DNA from: a virus
Lineage: Duplodnaviria; Caudoviricetes
Direction: 5' to 3' (one strand)
Virus record (IMG/VR): IMGVR_UViG_3300033489_000026
Location: 1 to 39,527 of that record
Length of the DNA: 39,527 nt
In this document: one piece after another, positions 9,003-18,241 of the stretch
How the letters are laid out: the number at the start of each line of letters is the position of its first letter
How positions within the stretch are numbered: position 1 is the first letter of the stretch
Notes under the pieces: model-generated
The model's database searches: none
Told to the model about the DNA's origin: nothing
Seen by the model: the letters and a program-made list of their open reading frames with translations, nothing else
Program-made: the position numbers and the translations under genes

Positions 9003-9461
9003 TTATTTTCCAGTACTACCAAAACCACCAGAGCCTCGCACTGTTTCGCGCAATTCGTCAACCTCGACCATTTCAATTTCTGGAACTATTTGAATTATAC
9101 CCTGGGCAATACGCTCTCCTGGCGATACAATGTAATGATGCAATAGAGATATTAAAGACACAAAAACCTCCCCTCTATAATCTGAGTCTATTGTTGCCGG
9201 TGAGTTTGGTATTATAATTCCATATTTTGTTGACAATCCAGATCGCGGGCGTATAACCATTTCGTATCCAACTGGTATTTCAAAACAAAATCCTGTTGGA
9301 ATTTTTACAATATAATTACATACTATACGTATATTACCTATTACTGCTGCGCATAAATCGAAACCTGATGCACCGGAGCTCATCCTTTGTGGTAGTGGTA
9401 ATCCATCTGCGTGGGGCAATCGTTTTACTTTTACGATAATTTTTTTGTTGCAATCACACAT
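9003..9461 (-). CDS. dut: dUTPase (trimeric)
   Basis: ASGFDL, IPTG, RPRSGL, TIDSDYRGE, RIAQ, RGSGGFGSTG motifs. Confidence 0.97.
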   Translation of the reverse strand: MCDCNKKIIVKVKRLPHADGLPLPQRMSSGASGFDLCAAVIGNIRIVCNYIVKIPTGFCFEIPVGYEMVIRPRSGLSTKYGIIIPNSPATIDSDYRGEVFVSLISLLHHYIVSPGERIAQGIIQIVPEIEMVEVDELRETVRGSGGFGSTGK

Positions 9462-9642
9462 TTTTTTCTCCTTTTTTATCGTTGCAATAAAATCCTTTTC
9501 CCTTTAATATAAATCCAGGAGCGGAAATAAGTTTTTTTGTATCACCTCCACACAATGGGCATTTTATTGATTCGTCATTTTTATTAACAAGATATTTGTC
9601 AAATTTCTCTTTGCATTTTTCGCAGTAATATTCAAATGTCAT
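9454..9642 (-). CDS. FmdB family zinc-ribbon protein
   Basis: FEYYCEKC...CPLCGG..KKLISAPGFILKGKGFY.ND. Confidence 0.85.
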   Translation of the reverse strand: MTFEYYCEKCKEKFDKYLVNKNDESIKCPLCGGDTKKLISAPGFILKGKGFYCNDKKGEKNV

Positions 9643-10298
9643 AATACATCGCATTGATAAAGTTTTAATCTTTTTCCTTCTTTTATCATTTTTATACCCG
9701 GCACCATATCACTACGCAGCCAATGATATAGCGCAGAATATGCATTAGAATCATTGTGGTAATGGGTTTTTATGCCACGTATCATATCTCTCAATCCGCA
9801 CCCTGGATTCCTATTTACATATTCAGAAACATTTCTACATGTACTTTTCAACGGAGACCAATAATTTCCAGAATTGTTTCCAGCGTCTGCAAATGTTTTT
9901 TGATCATCACACAGTGAGCTATAAATCAAGTCGGAACGTTTCCTAAATAAATTTGGACTAATGTCTTGACTCAAATAATGTGACGGTTTTAACGCGTAAT
10001 CCTGATACCTAAACGCACCGATACCAAAATGTATCAAAATATCCTCATAAAACGTATCATACATTGAGCATGTCGCTATCGACACATAGTTGGCATGCCC
10101 TATCCATCTGTATGCCTGCCCCAAAATATTTACAGACCTATTTATTTTGCACTCAATCACCCACAATTTTTTCCCCTGAGTTGCAACTACATCCGCTCGT
10201 CCGCAGTGTTTTATAGCAACCTCTTGGTAAACATCCCATTTCATGTCTAACAGGTATTTTACAACAGCGGTGCCTATATCAGTCTTTTTTGTTTTCAT
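9639..10298 (-). CDS. PD-(D/E)xK nuclease-fold protein with possible C-terminal winged helix
   Basis: VYQEV...RADVVA...VIECK...QA. Confidence 0.7.
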   Translation of the reverse strand: MKTKKTDIGTAVVKYLLDMKWDVYQEVAIKHCGRADVVATQGKKLWVIECKINRSVNILGQAYRWIGHANYVSIATCSMYDTFYEDILIHFGIGAFRYQDYALKPSHYLSQDISPNLFRKRSDLIYSSLCDDQKTFADAGNNSGNYWSPLKSTCRNVSEYVNRNPGCGLRDMIRGIKTHYHNDSNAYSALYHWLRSDMVPGIKMIKEGKRLKLYQCDVL

Positions 10299-10753
10299 TT
10301 CAAGACTTTTATTTTAAATTCGTACTGAGATTCTATTAATTTTTTTGTTCTCAAAAATTCGCGATATGCCGGATTTGTTTTCTTTCTTTTTTTGCCGGCT
10401 TTGTCGTAATGTGTATGATCTGTATACCCCTTGCAATCGTACACGTCTCTTTGTAATTTATTATCGTCTTCCAAATACACAACAAAATCGCTCTCGTATG
10501 AAAATAGTTTTAGACCTGTTTTTAAATCATTAAAATGAAATTTGTGATGATACTCAAAATCCAATATTCTTCCGGTTTGTTTCTGCAATTCAAAATATTT
10601 GTACCATTTTAATTCCAATTTAGAGTCTAATGTTATACCATTGTAAACTACATGTTTTGAATTGTGCGGAGATTGTGATTTTGTTTTTTTGTTTTTTAGC
10701 ATGTCGAGTGTACCTATATTTTTTATCATTTTGTTTCGTGCCTTTTGCGCCAT
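10295..10753 (-). CDS. DUF1064-like endonuclease
   Basis: VVYNGITLDSKLE...YESDFVVY...DCKG...KKL. Confidence 0.8.
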   Translation of the reverse strand: MAQKARNKMIKNIGTLDMLKNKKTKSQSPHNSKHVVYNGITLDSKLELKWYKYFELQKQTGRILDFEYHHKFHFNDLKTGLKLFSYESDFVVYLEDDNKLQRDVYDCKGYTDHTHYDKAGKKRKKTNPAYREFLRTKKLIESQYEFKIKVLK

Positions 10754-11058
10754 TCGTACACTGCAATTTCAAGAGTTGGATGCCCCGTACATATAGTTCC
10801 GTCTCTCGCTCTTTTTGTTACTATGATTTTTAGATATCTCATAGCAGATGATACTTGCAATCTATATCCATAGTCATGAGATAAAAAAACTGAACGAGCC
10901 AATAGACCGCCGTCCAATGTCGCAAACTCCAAGTCGTCTCCATACCTGTTTACATACAACACTCCAGGCTCATGGATTTCATCTGAGTATTTTTTTAATT
11001 GCCTGACTTCTCCGGGAATATGGTGTACACCAGCTTCGTTGTATGTCATTTCAACCAT
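10726..11058 (-). CDS. hypothetical protein
   Basis: 110-aa ORF overlapping both neighbours. Confidence 0.55.
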   Translation of the reverse strand: MVEMTYNEAGVHHIPGEVRQLKKYSDEIHEPGVLYVNRYGDDLEFATLDGGLLARSVFLSHDYGYRLQVSSAMRYLKIIVTKRARDGTICTGHPTLEIAVYEWRKRHETK

Positions 11059-11647
11059 ATCTAATCTCCATCAAACGTGCGGTATTTCTCATTTTTTTTA
11101 TTCCTTTCCAATATAATTGATATGCGCGTGTTCTTGTGATATGGTATTTTTTTGCTATCTCTACAAAACTATATCCATTCATATTCATTTTTATTATTAC
11201 AATCGTTCGTCTTTTTATTCCTGACGATACTAATAATTTATTTACATATTCATCATCATTATTTGTATATAAATTATTTTGCAATTCTGCAATATTGTCT
11301 AAATAATCATTGCGTAAAATTGAAAAATTTTTCTTGCATATACTCGATCCTACCCTACTCCAAATATTATTCGAAACTTTGTGAGTAGTCAATTTTTCAC
11401 CCATTGACAATATTAATTTCCACAGTATTGTCAATGCCTCATTTTTTATTTCGTCACACAAAATACCTGGGTACATGGCTGTAGGATATCTATGGCTTAC
11501 AGTCCACAATGCAAGGTCTTTGTATTTTTCAAAAAGTACAAGAGCAGACTCCCGATCTATTCCACTACTTTTAGTTTTTGCAGTTATCCTCGGCTCTCTA
11601 AAATTAAATCCTCCCAAATTACAGTATATATCACTAGTTCTTGGCAT
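11051..11647 (-). CDS. sigma70-like transcription factor (region 4 HTH)
   Basis: LFEKYKDLA region-2-like segment; GYSFVEIAKKYHITRTRAYQLYWKGIKKMR region-4 HTH. Confidence 0.7.
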   Translation of the reverse strand: MPRTSDIYCNLGGFNFREPRITAKTKSSGIDRESALVLFEKYKDLALWTVSHRYPTAMYPGILCDEIKNEALTILWKLILSMGEKLTTHKVSNNIWSRVGSSICKKNFSILRNDYLDNIAELQNNLYTNNDDEYVNKLLVSSGIKRRTIVIIKMNMNGYSFVEIAKKYHITRTRAYQLYWKGIKKMRNTARLMEIRYG

Positions 11648-11720
11648 TATTAATCTCTTTTATGTACATATTTTTAGATGCAGTGCGAATTTTTTTATAG
11701 CGCTTTCTTCGACCGCGACA

Positions 11721-12545
11721 TTATCGTTGCCTCTGTACCTGGCTATGTGTCATAATGTTTTTTATTCCAGGTATTTGTTCTTGCCCAGACGATGATTTTA
11801 TATATGCGTCAAGCATTTTCTGAACCGGTTGAAGCATGTGCGTTTTGTTGTTTTCTACACACCATTTTGAGAACGCAACTATATTAGTGCATTCGCCTGA
11901 ATGTTTTGTGGTTGTATAAAATCCGCCAATCTTTGTTGGAGCAGCGTTAATTATTGGAGCAACCATTGATTCTGCAAGAATTGTTTTCTCTTCTGCTTTT
12001 GCTGCTGCTGCTGCTGCCATTCTAATATTTTTTTCTTGTTCTTTCCTAAATTCTTCTTGTTTTTTTGTATCTTGTTCTTTGCGTGCAAGCTCTGCTATTC
12101 TTGCTGCTTCAGCCAATAATATTCTTTCTTTCTCTCTTTGTTCTCGTGCCTCTGTCTCTTTTTTTTCTCGTTCCTTACGTGCAATAGCTTCTGCTTCGCG
12201 CTGTTTTTGTTCAGCAATTTTTTTCTGCTCACTCTGGTACTCGAAAATCTTTGCCTTAAAGTTTCTTTCTATCTTTTCTATAATAATCGATTTTCCATCA
12301 AACCATCGTTTGATTTCATTTCGCCTCTCTTCGATGCAGCATATCTCAGAATTGTATGGTCGAACCAATTCTTCCATTTCGTCTTCTATTTCGCTATTAT
12401 ATTTTTTGATACGCGACAAAAATATTGACGCATTATTTGCCTGCTCGTATGTAGATATCTTCTCGATAATAGCACCATCTTTTATAATAGACTCTATTGT
12501 TGATAGTACTTTTTGTTCGATTTCGACTGGTATTAAATTATTCAT
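11721..12545 (-). CDS. coiled-coil protein of the recombination module
   Basis: Long E/K/A/R-rich helix; near exonuclease and RecT. Confidence 0.7.
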   Translation of the reverse strand: MNNLIPVEIEQKVLSTIESIIKDGAIIEKISTYEQANNASIFLSRIKKYNSEIEDEMEELVRPYNSEICCIEERRNEIKRWFDGKSIIIEKIERNFKAKIFEYQSEQKKIAEQKQREAEAIARKEREKKETEAREQREKERILLAEAARIAELARKEQDTKKQEEFRKEQEKNIRMAAAAAAKAEEKTILAESMVAPIINAAPTKIGGFYTTTKHSGECTNIVAFSKWCVENNKTHMLQPVQKMLDAYIKSSSGQEQIPGIKNIMTHSQVQRQR

Positions 12546-13003
12546 TTTATTTTTTCTCCATTTATTTTATAGGCATATTTGAATCCATGTAAATTAAATC
12601 TATTTGGTACCCCATATGAAACAATAAATTTGCCATCTTCCCCTCTTAGTTTACCAATCAAATGAGCATAGTGTCCATTGCAAAACGTATCGCTAATTTT
12701 ATTGGCGTGAATATTTGAAACAAGAACATCTTTCCCAACATCCCCTTCATCTGCCATAACCAATTCTTGATCTCTGCCGAGCAACGAATTTTCGACACTG
12801 CCTTCGTATCCTATTATTATAAATGTACGAGTGTCTATTTTATAGCTCATAGAGTTGTCATTGTACCAATAACAATCATTAATAAATCTTGGTTTGTCTC
12901 CATAATATATATACCAATATTTATTTGAAAAACCATCTCTCGCTATCCAATCAGCATTAAATCGCTCAAGCGCCTCTTCTCGTGTCAATTCGACAATACT
13001 CAT
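12542..13003 (-). CDS. hypothetical protein
   Basis: 153-aa ORF with GGGG RBS; ADWIARD...WYIY..KP. Confidence 0.65.
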   Translation of the reverse strand: MSIVELTREEALERFNADWIARDGFSNKYWYIYYGDKPRFINDCYWYNDNSMSYKIDTRTFIIIGYEGSVENSLLGRDQELVMADEGDVGKDVLVSNIHANKISDTFCNGHYAHLIGKLRGEDGKFIVSYGVPNRFNLHGFKYAYKINGEKIK

Positions 13004-13006
13004 TTT

Positions 13007-13624
13007 TCATCCCCTATTCTTTAAATATTGACAAATATTATACGCAGAATTCCAATATACAAAATCCATTTGATCGTTGCATTGCTTTAATTTGCCATTA
13101 GGTTTGTCGTACCATAGATATGCTATATACCTATATATGTGGCACGGTTTAAAATCTATGTTTTCTGCTATCAAATCAGAGTAGCCGCATAGCTGTAATT
13201 CTCCGGCCTGCGAATCTACCCCAGTTTTCCAATCAACGACAACGAAAAATGGCCTGATTGTTCGGTACAAAAAATAAATATCAGAAGTTCCAGCAAATCT
13301 TTTTTTGATACTGTATAGATTTTTTTCTACACAAATCTCATTTGGTTCACCGTGTTTTTTTATTATTTTTTGTCTTAATTCTTTCCATTGCTCAACGCAC
13401 ACCATAGATTTTGGATCAGTTTCGTATTTTGATAATTCATCATTCTCATATAATTCGCAATGCCTATGGATAGATATGCCTCGGCTATTTGCATCCTGCA
13501 AATTTATATCATTTAAAAAACTATAGTCGCGTGATAATCCTGTTTTATTTAGTATTTGCGTTACAGACAATACCTGTTCATCGTCAATGAAATATCTATG
13601 CAATTCATGGTCGTACCTATTCAT
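13007..13624 (-). CDS. PD-(D/E)xK exonuclease, probable partner of RecT
   Basis: HRYFID...SVTQIL...RGISIH...FAGTSD...VDWKTG...QLCGY. Confidence 0.85.
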   Translation of the reverse strand: MNRYDHELHRYFIDDEQVLSVTQILNKTGLSRDYSFLNDINLQDANSRGISIHRHCELYENDELSKYETDPKSMVCVEQWKELRQKIIKKHGEPNEICVEKNLYSIKKRFAGTSDIYFLYRTIRPFFVVVDWKTGVDSQAGELQLCGYSDLIAENIDFKPCHIYRYIAYLWYDKPNGKLKQCNDQMDFVYWNSAYNICQYLKNRG

Positions 13625-13905
13625 TTTGCATTCCACATCTTGTAATGCTCCGAACAACAACACGCTTTACCGATGGTTGCAATTTTATTGCATGATTTCA
13701 ATGCACATTTTTTACTTTCATCGTGTCGTTTTGGTTGCCAAACATTGTCAAAAGCAAATATTTTTCCAGTTCCATGTATCTCATGCTGTAAAAAAAGTGC
13801 AGAATACAAGCTATTCAATATCGATTTTTTATTATTCATTTTTCCCAATCCAGAGTTATTCATACCATTATTTAGCATCATTTTCTTTTTGTACAGGCAT
13901 AACAA
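13621..13905 (-). CDS. hypothetical protein
   Basis: Fills the RecT-exonuclease gap; C-terminal C-x4-C...CCSEH; start uncertain. Confidence 0.5.
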   Translation of the reverse strand: MLCLYKKKMMLNNGMNNSGLGKMNNKKSILNSLYSALFLQHEIHGTGKIFAFDNVWQPKRHDESKKCALKSCNKIATIGKACCCSEHYKMWNAK

Positions 13906-14665
13906 AAGTAGGTTTTGGTTTTGTTTCTACGACATCTGCATCAACTATCTGTGAATCGGTCTGATTAAATGCACCAACAAAAATATCGGAATCGTCGCTC
14001 GTATTTACAAACGATTTGCATGTGCGATTAATAACTGTTCGCATAGCCATTTGATCTGGATATTCTATATGTGTTGTAGGTTTTTCTCCTCCAAATGTTT
14101 TTGATTTTTTCCAGGATTTGTTTATTTGATTCATTGTCATCCAATCAGAATAATGATTTCCATCGTGCATCAAAATTACACAATATGCACCTATCATTTT
14201 TTCGGCGACAATATTTTTAAATGGCTGCTCGTGCCTAACTACCTTTTTAATACCATCAATAATCTCTGTGTCAAAAATATCGCCTTCGTATATCACATTC
14301 GCGACTACGTCTCTGACATTTTTTAGACGTTTTACAGATGCCTTCGTTCCGTGATATGACCGTAGACATTGTAATTGATTACCATACATAACAAAATAGC
14401 ACTGTTTTTTTGCAGGAGAAAGAGCTTGAACAGCCATGTATAATAACGCATTCGCGATGCTATCATGTGTACATACAGATAATGCATATTGCCCGGCAGT
14501 GTTTTTCGTTTCTCTTATGGCAAGCATTGCAGATTTTAGAGCATTTCCAAGACTGTAATTTGATGGTATATCAATTCCACCAGCGCTCTGCAATTCCTGG
14601 ATTTTTGTTTCGGCCATTACCATAATATCTTTTTCGGCTTTTTTCTCCTCAAGATTTTGGTTCAT
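13868..14665 (-). CDS. recT: RecT family single-strand annealing recombinase
   Basis: NALKSAML, SIANALLYMAVQALSPAKKQCYF, RSYHG, GAY, MTMNQI...W, YPDQMAMRTVINR. Confidence 0.92.
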   Translation of the reverse strand: MNQNLEEKKAEKDIMVMAETKIQELQSAGGIDIPSNYSLGNALKSAMLAIRETKNTAGQYALSVCTHDSIANALLYMAVQALSPAKKQCYFVMYGNQLQCLRSYHGTKASVKRLKNVRDVVANVIYEGDIFDTEIIDGIKKVVRHEQPFKNIVAEKMIGAYCVILMHDGNHYSDWMTMNQINKSWKKSKTFGGEKPTTHIEYPDQMAMRTVINRTCKSFVNTSDDSDIFVGAFNQTDSQIVDADVVETKPKPTFVMPVQKENDAK

Positions 14666-14819
14666 TTTTCATCATCCTTTTTTGATAGATCAACATTTGA
14701 AAATATTTCATAGGTGGATTTTACAATTTTTTTATTGACTATATATACAAATATTCCACATATAATATTTACAAATATTATCAATAAAATTATAACACCA
14801 ATAATAATACATATAGCAT

Positions 14820-15017
14820 TCACGATTTCATTCTCCTTTTGTTTTCGATATTTAATATTTCGCGCATAATATATATTGACATTTTGTGATTTTCTTTTTT
14901 TACAAAATCCAATTGGGTTATAGTTGTAATAATAGCTTCTATAATTATTCTAGCAAATATATTAATAATTATATACATAGAAGCTATTATTACAACTATA
15001 ACCCAAACAGTATTCAT
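14820..15017 (-). CDS. small membrane protein
   Basis: Hydrophobic N-terminal half; 4-nt overlap with upstream gene. Confidence 0.55.
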   Translation of the reverse strand: MNTVWVIVVIIASMYIIINIFARIIIEAIITTITQLDFVKKENHKMSIYIMREILNIENKRRMKS

Positions 15018-15250
15018 TGCTTATCCTTCGTTTTTGATACACGATCACCAATTATTTTCTGCCTATAACATACATTGCAGATATATTTATCATCGACCAA
15101 AATTTTCCACCATGAACCACATATTTCACACTGCTTTTCGGCCTGTATAATATATGATTTATATTCTTGTGTCGATGGTTCTATCCAATTTTTCGACGCT
15201 CGACGCCAGTTGGACATTGGGTATTTTGTTTTTTGTGTCTTTGATTTCAT
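15014..15250 (-). CDS. small zinc-finger protein
   Basis: CEICG...CNVC. Confidence 0.55.
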   Translation of the reverse strand: MKSKTQKTKYPMSNWRRASKNWIEPSTQEYKSYIIQAEKQCEICGSWWKILVDDKYICNVCYRQKIIGDRVSKTKDKQ

Positions 15251-15810
15251 TAATAATTCATTTCTTCCATAATCTCTACGAGTTCAATTTTTGTAAAAAC
15301 TACTTTTCCGACATATAATTTATCTTTTCTTACAAACCATTCTCTTGTATTTTTAATTTCTTTTTTAGATCTTTTTTCTTTTTCTATCTCTATATAAACT
15401 TTTTGCTCGGCAAGAGTACGCACCGATTTGCCATTAAAAACCTGCCTAACCTGGGATGAAATCATCGCAGACACATCCAACAAAAGCACATCGCCGGTCG
15501 ACGTTAGAAATTCTACAGGTTTTTCTAAATATTTTACCTGGTCAGAGTAAGAGCATGTAGACAACATTTTTATTGTAGTATTCGTTGCGTGTAAAAGTTT
15601 TGGACTCAAAACTCCTCTACCTATCTGTTCAAATCTATACCATGATACAGCATTAAATTCTGGGAATTCATGAATAAAAACCTCTTTCAATTCTGGCTTT
15701 TTTGTTATTGCGTCAACATAGTATTCACATGCCAATCTAATAGAATTCAATCCATTATTTAACAATTTCCTAAATTCATCTACATCGTATACATTAATTA
15801 TTTTTTCCAT
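15250..15810 (-). CDS. hypothetical protein
   Basis: 186-aa ORF coupled to neighbours. Confidence 0.7.
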   Translation of the reverse strand: MEKIINVYDVDEFRKLLNNGLNSIRLACEYYVDAITKKPELKEVFIHEFPEFNAVSWYRFEQIGRGVLSPKLLHATNTTIKMLSTCSYSDQVKYLEKPVEFLTSTGDVLLLDVSAMISSQVRQVFNGKSVRTLAEQKVYIEIEKEKRSKKEIKNTREWFVRKDKLYVGKVVFTKIELVEIMEEMNY

Positions 15811-16165
15811 ATATTCCGGTAATCCTTTGTATTAATAACATTGACTTAATTTTAAGTCTATATTTTCTCATATATAATCTTTGGTATTCTTTTCTTTCTT
15901 TTCTATGTATTTTAATTCCATTTTGTCGCAATATTTTTAATTTTTTTTTGAGTTCAATTTTGTACCACGGATTATTAATTAGCCAAGTTTTGTTGTTGCG
16001 CCTATGTTTTTCTTTGTTATTTAAATTGTATAAACAACGATATTTTTTACGTTTTTCTTTTCTACATATTTTGTCGCATGATTTTTTATTGGCTTTTGTA
16101 GTTTCAAATATTTTCCCGCAATAATCACACACGATAATTTTTGTTGTTTTTTTATCAGATTTCAT
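15794..16165 (-). CDS. basic zinc-finger protein
   Basis: CDYCGKIF...KKSCDKIC followed by a K/R-rich helix. Confidence 0.6.
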   Translation of the reverse strand: MKSDKKTTKIIVCDYCGKIFETTKANKKSCDKICRKEKRKKYRCLYNLNNKEKHRRNNKTWLINNPWYKIELKKKLKILRQNGIKIHRKERKEYQRLYMRKYRLKIKSMLLIQRITGIYGKNN

Positions 16166-16440
16166 TAATTCAATCCAGCCCAATCATCCTCGTATACAAA
16201 ATCTATTGGTTGTATGTGTGTTTTTGGCAACATTTTTTTGTCCATATCTGCAATTAGTTTCATTACACAATTTGCAATAAATCCCATTTCTACAAAAAAA
16301 TTATCTATCCTATCCTGTATATCACTGCGATTTTTTATCGATTTGTCATCCATGATATCCTCAATCCATGACGAGGCAGACGATAAAGTTTTTAAAATAT
16401 CCACCAGATCTCTTCGCTTTTTAGCGTTGCTCAGTTTCAT
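16165..16440 (-). CDS. hypothetical protein
   Basis: 91-aa ORF in operon orientation. Confidence 0.55.
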   Translation of the reverse strand: MKLSNAKKRRDLVDILKTLSSASSWIEDIMDDKSIKNRSDIQDRIDNFFVEMGFIANCVMKLIADMDKKMLPKTHIQPIDFVYEDDWAGLN

Positions 16441-16635
16441 AAAATGCTCTTTCAGTTTTGTGTTTTTGTATATTTATTATCTGTGCGCAGCAACTGCACA
16501 CGGTATTTTCTGTTTCTATTGATTTGTTGCACACCCCGCATATCATGCATGTCATAAATCTCCCTCGTGTATTATTTTACCGTATTGTTTTTATCTACAA
16601 AATTTATACTTTCACCGGGAAATCCATTTTTTGAT

Positions 16636-16851
16636 TCAAATATTTTCATTTTGTTCCATATCAATTTCTTTTAGTTTTTTTTTCATAGCTTCGTCCATAC
16701 GCCTATCAGATTCTGCGGCGATACACGCAACCGAAAATACCAAAATTATACCAGCAACCAAAAACACAATTCCTATTTGCGAAATCAATGCTGCGCTCAT
16801 TTTGTTCTCACAATTAAAATTGTTCCCAAATAAATTAATGCCACAAAACAA
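16636..16851 (-). CDS. small membrane protein
   Basis: TM segment IGIVFLVAGIILVFSVACIAA; likely start at MSAAL. Confidence 0.5.
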   Translation of the reverse strand: MFCGINLFGNNFNCENKMSAALISQIGIVFLVAGIILVFSVACIAAESDRRMDEAMKKKLKEIDMEQNENI

Positions 16852-16911
16852 AAAATCAATGCATCAACAATAACACCAAGCAATCTACGATAAAAATATT
16901 TGCTCATATCT

Positions 16912-16944
16912 ATAATATACTAATTTTTTAACAAATCGTATCAA
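16912..16944 (-). promoter_or_regulatory. class II promoter-like motif TTGATAC-N18-TATATTAT
   Basis: TTGATACGATTTGTTAAAAAATTAGTATATTAT. Confidence 0.6.
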
Positions 16945-17249
16945 AACTCAATTCTTTTTTCCAAAATTCGTACGAATGATTTGTAAAATATTCCAGCTTG
17001 TTGTCGACCAATTTTTCAACTCGTTGCTCAAATCGAATTTCGTCAATCATTTTTTTGATTTGCTCGTGTGAATAGCCTCGTATTCGCATTATTTACCACC
17101 GTATTTTCTGCCGCATAGTTTTGCTGTTTTTTTTGAGATTTTTTCAATTTTGTTTATAGTTCGTATATATTCCTGAACCAATTCTGTGTACGTTTGATTT
17201 TTTTTATGCATATACACCACCTACAAAATATATTGTGCGTCAGTAAATT

Positions 17250-17432
17250 TTACTTCACCTCAACCCAAGAATGAGTTTTTTTGTCTAACTTTACCTCAAC
17301 AAGACCGGCCGACCATTCCGGCCAAGACAAATCGCGCCACACTTCGCCACGGCTCTGGTAGTCGCGGAACCAACTAGCTTCTGTGTCAACCGATCCAGCG
17401 TAAGGATTCATCAGTTTTTTTTCGTTTTTCAC
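17250..17432 (-). CDS. hypothetical protein
   Basis: 60 aa; LMNPYAGSVDT...W...LVEV...WVEV. Confidence 0.65.
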   Translation of the reverse strand: MKNEKKLMNPYAGSVDTEASWFRDYQSRGEVWRDLSWPEWSAGLVEVKLDKKTHSWVEVK

Positions 17433-17438
17433 AAAAAC

Positions 17439-17531
17439 CTACTTTCCATATCCATTGTCTAAAAAATTAAGATATAATATAAGCAAAATAACAACAAATA
17501 TAATTATACCTATCGTGTCCCCAATACACAT
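17439..17531 (-). CDS. 30-aa single-TM peptide (not in ORF track)
   Basis: AAGGAG RBS right after the hammerhead; MCIGDTIGIIIFVVILLILYLNFLDNGYGK. Confidence 0.5.
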   Translation of the reverse strand: MCIGDTIGIIIFVVILLILYLNFLDNGYGK

Positions 17532-17546
17532 ACACAACTCCTTTTT

Positions 17547-17632
17547 AGGTCTCATCGGTGCCGGTTATCCGGCAGATCTGGATGGGCAGGAACAGAGTTC
17601 CGCTGTGCCACAATACATCCCGGTTTCGACCT
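17547..17632 (-). ncRNA. type II hammerhead ribozyme, variant core
   Basis: AGGUC-GAAA-CCGGGAUG...CAUCCAGA-UC-UGCCGG(AUAA)CCGGCA-CCGAUGA-GACCU: stems II, III and I in type II order; core CCGAUGA instead of CUGAUGA; two mismatches in stem III. Confidence 0.75.
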
Positions 17633-17719
17633 CTATTTATCGTTGACAGTCACAGACCGATAAAATAGTCGATCTCGTGTTGTTTTACATCTGCGAATAC
17701 TTCGCCTGGCGCACTCATT

Positions 17720-18142
17720 TTATATCCGTCCTGTCGGTTTTTTGGTCAAAACATTATCACCATTTAGTATATCTATCACTAAATTAGTTTCAATTTCTCT
17801 GTTTATTAATTTCAGTTCCTCGGTATACAACCATCCGCAATTCATAAAACTGTAGCAGATTTTTGTTTTGCCATTTCGTTTTAAAACATATGCTCCTAAA
17901 ATTCCACCTCTTCCCTCATCAGGTAATTGCGCAAAATATTGCCCCTTTATAGGTATGCATATCCGTCCAGTTCCACGGGGAGCATTATCTACTGTGTATT
18001 TAAGTTTTGTCACATCATACGCAATATCACCAAAAATTGCGAAATATTGTTTACCGCGTTTAATTATTCTGTCAGACCATTCATAGCAACAAAAATTGGT
18101 GGATTTTGAATTTAATACAATTTTTTTAATATTTGACAACAT
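17720..18142 (-). CDS. hypothetical protein between the two hammerhead-like elements
   Basis: AAGGAGG RBS before ATG at 18142 (MLSNIKK); 140 aa. Confidence 0.65.
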   Translation of the reverse strand: MLSNIKKIVLNSKSTNFCCYEWSDRIIKRGKQYFAIFGDIAYDVTKLKYTVDNAPRGTGRICIPIKGQYFAQLPDEGRGGILGAYVLKRNGKTKICYSFMNCGWLYTEELKLINREIETNLVIDILNGDNVLTKKPTGRI

Positions 18143-18160
18143 TGTGTCCTCCTTTGTTTT

Positions 18161-18241
18161 GTCTGTCGGATAACCGACAGACCGTGTGTGGGAGATTGTT
18201 GCACTATGGTGATCTCCCAAATTCGACACACGGTTTCGGCC
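18161..18241 (-). ncRNA. partial hammerhead-like element lacking CUGAUGA
   Basis: GGCC-GAAA-CCGUGUG...CACACGG-UC-UGUCGG(UUAU)CCGACA, then GAC and an RBS; no CUGANGA or stem II partner. Confidence 0.6.

Noticed and set aside
13007-13624. Cas4 / CRISPR adaptation gene
   Set aside because: Lacks the Cas4 four-Cys cluster pattern; proximity to RecT fits a recombination exonuclease.
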